A stretch of DNA of 60,215 nucleotides, the filler included, from Basidiobolus ranarum (Eukaryota): NCBI GenBank assembly GCA_040143965.1. It is 7 parts of 7 records of this genome, joined end to end, with 100 filler letters (N's around TTAATTAATTAA, not from the genome) between each part and the next. Parts side by side here need not be neighbours in the genome. Positions count along the whole stretch, not along the records: positions 17,273 to 25,800 come from JASJQH010000959.1; positions 25,901 to 34,422 come from JASJQH010000960.1; positions 34,523 to 43,032 come from JASJQH010000961.1; 4 more parts are not named here. One strand, written 5' to 3'. Below are positions 24,779 to 35,869 of the stretch, in pieces. How positions within the stretch are numbered: position 1 is the stretch's first letter; every line of letters begins with the position of its first letter. The notes below the pieces were generated by a model. That model worked only from the letters and a program-made list of their open reading frames with translations. It had not been told where the DNA came from and did no database searches. The position numbers and the translations under genes were made by a program.

Positions 24779-25800
24779 ATGGGTGAGATTAAACAAGATT
24801 CTACTCAGGTTGCGAGTCCACATGACTCTCGCAACGTCAACTACCCTTCATACACTGTATTCTGTGTAATGATCGCTAGTATTGTGATGTTCTGCAGTGG
24901 TTTTAATACATCTTCCACTAATATCAGTAAGTGGAATTCATCCTGTTCCATGATATCCAACTTTTGCTAACCATACCGTTCTTTTCTAGCTGCCGATTCT
25001 ATTCGTAACTGTGACCAATCAAATGAAAAATTGAGCGGTACTTTCCCTTACTGCTTTAATATGGGCTCCTGGCTATGGGGTTTCGCCGTCGGCAGTGGTG
25101 CTCTCGGTGGTACAATTGGCAGTATGTGTGCTGGCTATGCACAAGAAAGATTTGGCCGTCGTAATGCTCTTTTGATCAACAATTTCTTCTTCATCTTGGG
25201 TGGTATTTTGATTGGTTGCTCCATCAATCCCGGTATGTGGACTGCTGGCCGTTTCTTCATGGGCTTCTCTTGTGGTTACGGCGGTGTGGTCTTGCCCACT
25301 TATATTGGTGAAATTGCTCCTACCAAGACCAGAGGTACTTTTGGCTCCATCAACCAGTTCTACACCGTTATCGGTATCGTCGTTGTGCTATGCATGAGTT
25401 TGGGTATGTCTACACCTATTGGCTGGAGAGTGTTAGTCGCCCTACCTGGTGCTTTCGGACTGGTGCAAGTGTTCTTGATGCCACTTTGTGTTGAAACTCC
25501 ACGTTATCTTGTTTCAAGAGGGCGTCTTGAAGAGGCAAGAGCTGCTTTGGTCAAATTAAGAAGTGGATACGATGTTGAGGCTGAATTCGAAGAAATCGTT
25601 CAAGCTCGTGAGGCTGCTAAAGATCTTCCAAAGAGTCTTGGTTTCGGAGAAATCATGAAAGATCCCTACTGCAGAAAGAACTTCTTCATTTCTATTGGTA
25701 TGAGTCTCCTCCAACAATGGTCTGGAATTAACGGTGTCATGTACTACTCTACCTCTATCTTTACCGATATCTACGGTGATACTGCTAAATATGTTACTGT
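24779..25800 (+). CDS. MFS sugar porter (GLUT-like), 3' truncated; intron ~24927-24990
   Basis: ERFGRRNALL, YIGEIAPTKTRG, VETPRYL and QQWSGINGVMYYS motifs. Confidence 0.93.
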
Positions 25801-25900
25801 NNNNNNNNNNNNNNNNNNNNNNNNNNNNNNNNNNNNNNNNNNNNTTAATTAATTAANNNNNNNNNNNNNNNNNNNNNNNNNNNNNNNNNNNNNNNNNNNN
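25801..25900. other. Artificial contig linker
   Basis: Same 100-nt spacer. Confidence 0.97.
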
Positions 25901-26692
25901 GAAGACCGGAGATCTACAACAGGATACTTATTTCTTTGCTAAAATGGAGCTATTTCTTGGAATTCAAAGAAACAACCTACCATAGCAATTTCAACCACAG
26001 AAGCTGAATACATGGCTGCCTGTGAGGCAACAAAAAAAGCAATATGGCTAAGAAAACTCTTAACAGATTTGGGTTATTCTCAAAATTCACCAACAACAAT
26101 ATTTCAACATAATCAAAGTTTTATCAAATTAGCTAAAAATCCCACATTTCACAATAGAAGCAAGTATATAGATATTAAGTATCAGTTCATTAGAGAGACT
26201 ATAGAGAATAAGTTTATTCACTTAACTTTTGTTCTACAGAAGACATGAGTGCTGATATATTTACCAAACCATTAGCTAGAAAGAAATTTGACAAATTTAG
26301 ACCTTTATTAGGATTAGTTAATATGACTATTTAGTTGAGGCAGAGTATTGAAATTAGCTTTGCCTAAACATCTTTATAGTCATATATTGCTTAGTACTTA
26401 GTTATCTTAAAATTCACTAAGATGTTATCCATTATTCTCAATTGGAATTTAATTGGGATATTTTACCAACTTAGAAGTTCTCAGACACATAGATTTTTCA
26501 AACTTGTGCTTGAAGCCCCAAACTTTGCACACATGTTCCTGGGACCTTACCTAACACATTCTACATGTTGGTTTATTTACATCTTGACAAAACCATGAAT
26601 GTCAACTTTCTACTCAATAAATCAATAAGTGTTAATTACCCATTTCTCTAATTCTCCAAGCCACTTCCAACAGGCTCCCAAATACTTTAACA
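25901..26692 (+). mobile_element. Ty1/Copia 3' end: RNase H, polypurine tract and 3' LTR (family 1, 26346-26692)
   Basis: ISWNSKKQPTIAISTTEAEYMAA..AIWLRKLL..KNPTFHNRSKYIDIKYQFIRE..ADIFTKPL, then PPT agttgaggcagag and the LTR. Confidence 0.92.
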
Positions 26693-26919
26693 ATCACTGC
26701 CCAGCTATGGTTACCCTGAATTGGTATCTTTGTACTTGTATAGTTACAATTGGAAGAGTCAGCTCATCTTAAGAGTTGAGTAGGAAAGTGGTGGACTTAC
26801 TTTCAATGGCTCATTCAATATTTATTGGCTCCTCTTTAATACATTGGCTTTATCTATCTCCCTTTTGAAGCTCTGAGAGGTTTTCTCTATATACATAACA
26901 CTATTTTTTAAATGCTCTT

Positions 26920-27266
26920 TGTTGAAATTAGCTTTGCCTAAACACCTATATAGTCATATATAGCTTAGTACTTAGTTATCTTATAATTCACTAAAATATT
27001 ATGCATTATTCTCAATTGGAATTTACTTGGAATATTTTTACCAACTCAGAAGTTCTCAGAGATATAGAATTTCAAACTTGTGCTAGAAGCCCCAAACTTT
27101 GCACACATGTTCCTGGGATCTTCCTTAACACATTCTACATGTTAGTTTGTAAACATCTTGACAAAACCATAAATGTCAACTTTGTACTCAATAAATCAAT
27201 AAGTGAAAACCACCAATTCCTCTAATTCTACAAACCATTTCCAACAGGCTCCCAAACACTTTAACA
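26920..27266 (+). mobile_element. Solo LTR, Copia family 1
   Basis: TGTTGAAATTAGC...TTTAACA with near-TSD CTCTT/CTATT. Confidence 0.88.
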
Positions 27267-27961
27267 CTATTTTATCTTCTGATCCAATAGAATAAGGAAG
27301 CAGGAATCTTTCACAAATACATGTTTTTTCTTTTAATTAAGTCTATCTCCAGCTGTAGAAGCTGAGTTGAATGTATTTAAAAACTCACTAGAAAAATCAA
27401 GTACATTTTGGAAGATTTCTTATTATTTCTCCCTAAATAATTTCAACAAAATTGGTTTACAACTTGAAGTTCTTCTTTGCCATTCACCATTTTAGTCATT
27501 GTTTCTAACATTATAAAGAGGATAGGTGGTTTGTATTGATGGATAGACCACGTTACCAAGGAATTTTCTTATCTTTTGACCCTTGATCACATTCATATGA
27601 TAAGTAATAACAAAGTCAAATTTAAATTGGACAGTTATTAGCTCATAATAGACATGAAAGTTGTACTTGTATATTTAATGTGATATAGAACAAGGAAGTA
27701 CTTGCACATTGCATCATTGGTATATCCCATTGGAATAGTAAAAAAATTGGTCTCCAACCATATGATAGATATATTCTCAGAAGGATAGCTTCCAATGGAT
27801 AGTAGTAGGCATGTTTGTGAGTACCAATGCTTGAATGTACATGGTCCTACAGGTTAAATTTCCATTACTAGCCATGTTCTTCTTATAATAAATAACCAGT
27901 CACTAAAGTTATGCTGTGGTCATCCAACAAAGATATTAGTAGTACCCAAGATACCAGTTTT

Positions 27962-28600
27962 CCTAACAGAAGTTTGAGGATTGTTATTGTAAGAATACTA
28001 TCACAATATTGATCCATTTTGGATTGACCTTTATTTACTTTCATAAGATCATCAAGTTAGATGTGATTTTAATCAATTTTTCAGTTTTAGCAGTGAAATT
28101 TCAAGATCTTGCAAAATAGCTGCATACATTTAGCTACAATCTCAGAAAACTATGGATCAACACATCTGCAAAAAATGTAACTCAAATTGTATATACTCAT
28201 TACTTGATTGCTAATATGTCACCTTCAAAATCCCTAGTTTCCTTGATAAATTCTTCTGAATATTTTTATAAATTTCTTCATACCCAAGGTTTAGCTCATA
28301 ACCCCTAACAGAAATAAAATCAATTTGATTTGGATTGTATCCACCCTTCTGGATTGCAAAACCATCAGAGAACCATCACATTGTTTGTGGCTTGTATTCT
28401 GTCAGGGATTTTGATGGTGAGATGGCAGCTTCTTGATGGTATTTTGATGGTATTCAGACATGGCAAAATATTGATCCTCATATTTGGCATAAAAATATTT
28501 GCAAAAAAATTATTTTTGAATGGCAAATTACTGGCTTCACTGCTGTAGGAATTGTTGCTGGCTACAGACCAGGTACAAATGGAAAACACTTGTCAATTGT
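27962..28600. mobile_element. Termini of a CCCCTAACAGAAAT-ended DNA transposon (CMC/CACTA-like); two ends at ~27962 and ~28302
   Basis: The first ~340 bp match 34523-34896, 40938-41300 and 50669-51030. The second end carries repeated CCATCA/TGATGG subterminal motifs. Confidence 0.65.
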
Positions 28601-29292
28601 AAGACTTGAAATCCTTTAGTAATTAAACTATCTCCATGTCCAAATGGTTCTTTGGCTTTTACCCATGATCTGAAAAATCTGAAGTCACATACTGTTTGCA
28701 CACAACTGGCAATCACTGAATCTGGTGAATATTATTCATATTAGGCATAGATTCCATTGATTTCTTATCTTAAAGTTTTGATGAAATCATCTAAATATAG
28801 ATCATTGATCTAGTACCAAAGTACTCACTATTATTCTATTATTAATCAAATTTTTTTTTGCTAACCTGCTTTGACTCACAATCAAAACCTTTCTGGGAGT
28901 AGATATTCAAACCTATTAGACAGGTACTAATAGCCAACCAAGAACCTCCAAATCACATGTCAATGCTTTAGACAACCTCATATATGAGGTCATATGTATA
29001 TCAGGGATTTTAGAAGCAGCTTCATTTACAGAAGCCCTTTTCTAATATATTTTCCAAGAGCAGTACTGAATGATTTTGTGTTTGAGCCATTTGTGATATA
29101 ACAAAAGAAGTTGGGTAAGTTGCAGACCAATCACCAAGAATAGTGCTTTACAGATAATGGTTAGGTCTAATTTAATGAAATAGTAATAAAGGAGTATATC
29201 ATAACTTTGCTATGTTAGCATCTTGAGCACTTTCAGGTGCTGGAAAGAAGGTACTTTAAAATAAAAGTAAAGAATTCAGTCAAAATCTAATC

Positions 29293-29949
29293 ATGTCTCA
29301 AATCAATACTGTCGCAGTTGCTAGTGGAAATGGTGGAGTTGGTAGATTTATTACAAAAGCCCTTATCCGTAGTAAATACGTTGTCGTTATTCTATCACGA
29401 AAGACTAATGTTAGCATTCCAGGAGCCAAATTTATTGTTGTTGACCACATCCACCACTCGAACTTGGTCAAATCACTTGAAGGTATTGGAGCTGTTGTTT
29501 CAGCAGTCGTTGGAGTAGCTCTACTCGAGGCTCTACTACCTCTAATTGGTGCAGCACTTGAAGCAGGAGTAAAGAGATTTGTGCCCTCAGAATACTGGAT
29601 TGATCAACGAGATGTTGGGGATTTAAAATCCGAATACAAAGCTCTGTATGAAGGTGATCTTAATCCTAAGAATATTACCTGCAAGGAATTGATCAAGCAT
29701 CAAGATACCTTGCCTTGGACCTCTCGAAATATTGGCTACTTTACTGACACCACTTTCATTCCTGAGTTTGGGTTCGACTTCGCTAATAGAAAGGTTACTC
29801 TTTTAGGAGACGGTAACGCGTTAGTAGCATGGACTAGTCGCTACGACGTTGGGGAATTTGTGGCGGCGATCCTCCGTAATCCAGAGACTCATAATCAAGA
29901 AATTACCATCTCGGCAGATATCGTAGACACTACGGATCTTCTTACATAA
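29293..29949 (+). pseudogene. NmrA/isoflavone-reductase-like NAD(P)-binding protein, apparently truncated or decaying
   Basis: VAVASGNGGVGRFI, AALEAGVKRFVPSEY and WTSRYDVGEFVA motifs. The first Gly motif is altered and the ORF ends at 218 aa, shorter than the usual ~300. Confidence 0.7.
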
Positions 29950-30216
29950 TAATGTAAAGTGTATCTCGTTCAAAGTACTCCCGTAGGTAAACAGATCCTT
30001 ATCTGCAGGTTCAAAAAGCCCAGATAAGAATTTGAGTAATGTGTAGACAATCTGCAAACCCTACCGCATGAGTAGTTTCAGCATCTAAGGTGCGACTACA
30101 ATCAATGATTGACATCATTTACGCTTAGGAGTATAATCCATTTGGGAATAATACATATCATCCTCAATGGCTATTTAAGCAGGTATTTCAGTGTTCATTA
30201 CCAACAACCTCACAAT

Positions 30217-30798
30217 ATGCTTCTCTCCACTTTTCATTTGTTGGTCTTTTGCTTAGCTTCTTCTGTGTCTGGTCTAGTATTGCCAGCAGTTCAACCCAAC
30301 GTTGATATCCCGTGTACGTTTCGTGGTGCGAATATTCCACTCAGATTGAATGGTGGTACCGTACTGCTCAACGTGCAGGGCGAGTTAACTTTGCGAGAAG
30401 TTATCAAAGATACCAAAAAAATAGGTCTCAAGTTGATCAAGTTCAATGGCTCAGCTACCGATCCTATGCTAGGGAATGTCAAGTTCGAGCAGGTTTTAGA
30501 TAAAACACCTAGTACTGGATCTATCCCAGTAACAGATATATTAGCTGGAGGGCCTTACTTATCTTTTTACGCAAACTTGAAGGTTACTAGTCAACACTCT
30601 TTAGCTTCTCCAAGTGGCTTTACGCTATATACTCTGCAAGAAGCTAAGTTTGTTGCTCCCCAAGTTAATGCGCTTCCACCTATTAGTCAGTACTTCCAAC
30701 TCGAGTCTCCTATATCATTGGGCTCTTTGGGTGCTGATCCTGCTACGTCCACTCAAGGGTTTCCTAGTTTTTCAATTGTTGTCAATGCGATTTTATGA
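30217..30798 (+). CDS. Secreted 193-aa beta-rich protein resembling uncharacterised actinobacterial proteins
   Basis: Signal peptide MLLSTFHLLVFCLASSVSG; intronless. The mature part (DIPCTFRGANIPLRL..LPPISQYFQLESPISL) resembles Streptomyces hypothetical proteins, from recollection only. Confidence 0.7.
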   Translation: MLLSTFHLLVFCLASSVSGLVLPAVQPNVDIPCTFRGANIPLRLNGGTVLLNVQGELTLREVIKDTKKIGLKLIKFNGSATDPMLGNVKFEQVLDKTPSTGSIPVTDILAGGPYLSFYANLKVTSQHSLASPSGFTLYTLQEAKFVAPQVNALPPISQYFQLESPISLGSLGADPATSTQGFPSFSIVVNAIL

Positions 30799-32233
30799 TA
30801 CAGTCACTAGTTATAATGCAGCTACTATAATGCTTGATATACCTTGAATTAGAAATGGTTAACATAATAAACAATGCCGATTATCAACTACTTAATGCTA
30901 TCCCCATAGCGACTATTTAAACAACCATAAGGTACTTTCCTATTGCTTCGGTATAATCGTTATTGAAATTGAAAGGCACTATATATAAATATAAGCGCTG
31001 TTCTTCGAAAATCTTACAAATAATATCAATCTCCGAACTGCACTCTAAATTTGGGCAATAGTAACTCAAAGAGTTACTTCTAGGTTTAAATAAAAGTTCT
31101 ATCGATCTGCGGCTGGTGGTGCGGCTAGTGGTGCGGCTGGTAGTATGATGCATACAGTGAATTGACAATGCCCAGAAATTGATTATTCCTTAGGGGCTGC
31201 ATCCCAGCACGTAGATCTTTACGTATTCAATGGGAATTCTCAGTTTAGTTTTAAAATCTAACTGGCAGTGTTGATGGTAATCGAGGACATAATTCGGATC
31301 ACAGATGATCTACAACTGAGTTCGATCTACCACTGGGTCCATACATTAACTCAAAGGATATTCACGATGAAGCTATCTTTGCATTTGCTCAGCTGAGTAG
31401 GAGTTTGCTACAATTAGCTCATATATCACTATTCCCTGACATTTATCTATGGGAAACTGATATTATAGCAATACCCAAAACATTTGGAATATCGAAATCC
31501 TCAGATGTTTGATTATTTAAATCAATCCTAAAGAATTCCAATTTTCTTCACGCATACATAATTCATACCTGACTTCAGGCCAATTATTAGTAACTCTGTA
31601 CTCGTATATCACTGTTTATTTATTTACATTTTTGTGTGATTAATTTGTAATTTGTTAGGTAATTTTTTTTGATTTCCCACATAATGTGAAAGCCCCACGA
31701 TATTACAAATACAGCCAACAAACGTAAAATCATGGCTTAAAAAATTAGCACACTGTGCGATTTTTAGTGAAGAGCCCCATATGCTGAAGAAGTTCTCCTT
31801 CAAGTACATATAATCCATGGAAACCAAGGTGATTCTGTTCTCAAGGGTTAGCTTAGGTGTTCGCTAGTCAGCTTCAGGTGCAAGTAGCACAAATTATATG
31901 TGTGAATTTAGCCAAGAATATCGTTCCGAGATAGCCGACAACCTGGAGAACATATTCAGCACAACTATGAATAAATGAGAGGGTTGACAAGAATGAATTA
32001 TGAACAAAGATATCCTTGTTCTTATAATAGTCAGCACTAGGTTGCTTTACCTGCCCAGCTCCGTAAGCAAAAGTATAACACATTGCTTAGGCACGCGTAT
32101 ATGACGCTTCGTTGTCTTCACTTAAGGTTAGTTTTTGCTTAGCACTGTTACCAGAAACCATTACAACTTGAGCAATGTGAATATAAATAGACAAGACAAT
32201 TCCGACACAAAGTATTAGTCCTGACCTAGCTTT

Positions 32234-32547
32234 GAAGTTGAAGATAGTGGTGTAAAATCCGACCAGGGAGAAGTTGTGGATTCAGAGTCGTATGATAATA
32301 ATATTACACCAGGAGTGTATCAAATGCCACCGGAATTTCTCCAACACCACCAGCGGATGATTCTAACTCTGAAGATGCTTTACCGCCTCAAGCAGCAGAT
32401 TCAGGATTTGATAATGAGAGTAATGATGCACAACGAATTACTGATACAAGCTCAGCAGATGGTATACCCTTCGATTTACCTTCTCAATTAGCAAATACTC
32501 TTGGACAGTCTTTACCTCGGCAAGCTTTACCTGATCAGGTTCAAGGT
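32234..32547 (+). pseudogene. Possible frameshifted coding remnant (acidic, low complexity)
   Basis: Frame EVEDSGVKSDQGEVVDSESYDNN shifts near 32316 into SNATGISPTPPADDSNSEDALPPQAADSG..., ending at a possible GT donor. Confidence 0.3.
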
Positions 32548-33688
32548 AATTCAGCGTCAGATCCGAATCAGTTTAATCAAGCCATATTTCGAATAATATA
32601 TTTGAGTAAATGTAGCACGGGTCATTTTGTTATTCTTATTCTTATCCTTAGCATTAAGCTAGTAATCAGGCCTACTCCTCGCATTAGTCTTCCTTGATTA
32701 AGTATCCGTAGCAAACTCTCTAATCACAACAATGAGTAGCCAGCAAACGTTGAGACTCAACCTTAGCCAATTCTTACCTCCGATATTAGAAATCATGATA
32801 ATTTGCGAGTTTCAATAATAAAGGAAATCATGATCAACCTTTGGTTGGAGAGTTATGCTACAGCAAGGAGAAGTTGCAGAATCCGGGTCCAGTTACATAA
32901 TAGTCTTTTACTTCAACCGGAAGTAATACCATAAGCAGAATAGGATCCTGAACAAAATTTAAAATATCAATTATTTTTCTCAGTTAAAGCAGCAATAGTT
33001 CGGTTGTAGTAGCTGTAAACAATGCTAGGATATTATTAAATATATATCTCTAGTGGCATGGAACGTTTTATGATATTAAGAGAATTACAAGCTGTCAGAA
33101 TGTGCGAACCGTTCTCTCCTGGCTATGAAATGAATATCTACGTTACAACATGCCATTCCTGTGCGCATACGACAAGCGACTACTTGAAAACACGTAGGAT
33201 GAGTCTTTTGCATCAATCATGAAATAACCCTAACCCAACAAGCAATGCAATATTTTAGGCAACATTTTGGGTAACAAAGGACGATTGAAAAGTGTAAGAA
33301 CTCGTGGTTAAAGAATCAATAACAAAAGAGCCCAAAAAAGGATTGTCAAAATGCATTATAACGATCTGCTTAGTAGTACAACGTACTGTCACTGGCGTGA
33401 TCAATCAGAGATGTAAATTATGGCAGTCCACTTTGGCAGGTTTACCTACAAAGCCGCCAAGGAGATATGGTAGCAAATATACTAACATGTTCTTATGTGG
33501 GCATATGCTGGTTCGTGATGCAACGTTCAATTCATTGCTACCATCTTGTTTATGTTCTATGGTGGAAATACACTAGTTTCACAACCATTGTCTTTCTGAA
33601 CATTCGTAAATAGGTTTAATTTGATGTTTTGCATTTATTCTAAGGCTTTTATGAACTGAGTTGTACATAGAAAAGTTAAATAAGAAGG

Positions 33689-34422
33689 TCAAATTCCTGA
33701 CCGACTTAGTTCTGCTTTGAGATACTTCTGGAAAGAGGGAACGTAGTGATGGTTCATCAGTGTGTAATGGGCACCAGGCACATCGATGTAATTGTTAGCC
33801 TTTCGAGTGAACCCATCCCATCCCTTTAGCATTCCATTCAACCAATCTTCCTTCTTTCCAGCTAGAGGTATGGCATAAAATACTGATACTTGCTCTACAT
33901 TGCCACTAGGCTCGTAATTACGACCACATTTGAGTAGAGACTCCGCGATGTCAACCCATTTTTCTAGTTGAATTCGATCAATCTCTAACTCCTTGATTCT
34001 ATCAGGAGAGGCCTTTAACCAGACATAGTTGATTTGTTCTGCACGAGTCAAGGTGTGAAGATGAGGGGAAACCTTCTTGGCCTCTTCTTTGGTGATAAGG
34101 TCTAGGAAGTAAGATAAATTCAAGAATCCTTCAGTCCAATTTAGTTCAAGCATTCTTGGCTTGATGTGAGGCGGAATGTTTACTAGCCCGACAAAAGCTA
34201 CTCGTTGGTTCTGAGCTTCCAATCGTTTAGCAATCTCATATGCTACCACCCCACCGTAAGAATATCCAGCTACAGCGTAAGGACCTTCCGGTTGAGTTTT
34301 GCGAATGGCTGCAGTATAGATATCAGCCATTTCTTCCATTGACTCAAAGTAAGTTTGATTTTCATCAAATCCTCGAGCTCTCAATGCGTAGAATGGACGT
34401 TCATTCACAAAATACTTGGCCA
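33689..34422 (-). CDS. C-terminal thioesterase of an A-T-TE NRPS-like alpha-keto-acid-dimerising enzyme (atromentin synthetase AtrA/InvA-like); 5' part missing at contig edge
   Basis: RPFYALRARGF, GPYAVAGYSYGGVVAYEIAKRLE, VNIPPHI, LNLSYFL, VFYAIPL and DVPGAHYTLM closely follow the quinone-synthetase TE pattern. Confidence 0.88.
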
Positions 34423-34522
34423 NNNNNNNNNNNNNNNNNNNNNNNNNNNNNNNNNNNNNNNNNNNNTTAATTAATTAANNNNNNNNNNNNNNNNNNNNNN
34501 NNNNNNNNNNNNNNNNNNNNNN
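34423..34522. other. Artificial contig linker
   Basis: Same 100-nt spacer. Confidence 0.97.
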
Positions 34523-34896
34523 GATGGAGATATTGATACAAACCCGTGTTGGGTATGAGCTAAACCTTGGGTATGAAGAACTCTATAAAAATATTCAGGA
34601 GAATATATCAAAGAGACTAGGGATTTTGAAGGTAACAAATTAGCATTCAAGTGGTAATTGTGTAAAATTTGAGTTACGTTTTTTGTACATGTGTTGATCC
34701 ATAGTTCTCTGAGATTTTAGCCAATCATTTGCAACTATTTTGCAAGATCTTGAAATTTCACTCCTGAAACTGAAAAAATTAATCAAAATCAAATCTAACT
34801 TGACGATTTTATGACGGTAAGTAAACAGTCAACCCCAAATGGATTAAACTTGTGATGGTTTTCCTACAATAACAATCCTCAAATTTCTGTTAGGGG
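34523..34896 (+). mobile_element. 3' end of the CCCCTAACAG-ended element, abutting a Copia RT
   Basis: ORF tail MEILIQTRVGYELNLGYEELY, then terminus aaatttctgttagggg. Confidence 0.75.
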
Positions 34897-35863
34897 CTTG
34901 CTGTATACTGTCTATTGGACTGTTTGTCAATATCACCAAAATGCAGGATCCAAACACAATAATGCAGCAAGACATATATTCCGGTATTTGAGAGGTACTG
35001 TTGATCTAGTTGTGGAATACTTTGGCAGTCTTAATGCACAGATTTTTAGTGAATGCAGTGATGCAGACTGGGGAAAAAGCCATCATGGTAGATGATCACA
35101 AGCTGGGTACACTGTTCTCTATGGTTATGGAGCCATAACCTGGAATTGTAAGAATCAACCAACTGTAGCACTTTCCATTACAGAAGTCCCATATATGGCT
35201 GCCTCTGCTAATATACAAGAAGCTTTGTGGCTGAGGAAGCCAGTTTTAGACGCAGGATACATGCTGAACCATTCTATTATTGTATTTGAAGATAATCAGA
35301 GTAGTAATTTTTTGGCAAAAAACCTTTTATTTCATGCTAAAACAAAACATATAGATATAAGATATCTATTTGCTACAGAACCAATAGCAAATGATAATAT
35401 TGAACATGTCTATAGCCTCACTGATAGAATCAGTGCTGGCATCCTTATCAAACCTTCAGGTAGGACATAACTTGAATTATTAAGGTGTTAGTTAGGTTCA
35501 AGAGTAATATGAAATAATTATTTAGTGGGAATGTTTAAATCAGGTAAATAGCAACTTATTATTTAGTAGCTAGTTTATTTATATTCTGAGGATTTAGCAC
35601 TCAATTGTGGCATTTAAAACCTTGTGTTTACTATATTGATTGATAGAAAATTAATTAGATCACTTTTACCATTTTTCACTATTATCTCAAAACCTCTCCT
35701 AATAACCTCAAATTTTTACCTATGCTTTACAGGCATTATTGCTATAATCTAAGCATGTCATATTGTGCTTTTTCATAAAAAACTATATATAGCGCATATG
35801 CAATTCAATAAAACTCAAGTGTCTAACTCACAAATCTAAATCTTGTCCTAAACACTTCTATCA
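34897..35863 (+). mobile_element. Degenerate Copia RT end, RNase H and 3' LTR (family 2, from 35532)
   Basis: HIFRYLRGT, CSDADWG, AITWNCK and FHAKTKHIDIRY motifs, then purine tract agtgggaa and TGTTTAAATCAGGTAAATAGC. Confidence 0.88.
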
Positions 35864-35869
35864 GGCTCT

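Noticed and set aside
27001-27225. Short ORFs within LTR copies (also 40537-40722 and 46189-46398)
   Set aside because: They are chance ORFs inside non-coding LTRs and are not kept open in the other copies.
31874-32083. ORF containing FAYGAGQV, reminiscent of a subtilase motif
   Set aside because: No catalytic motifs nearby, and the match is too short to support.
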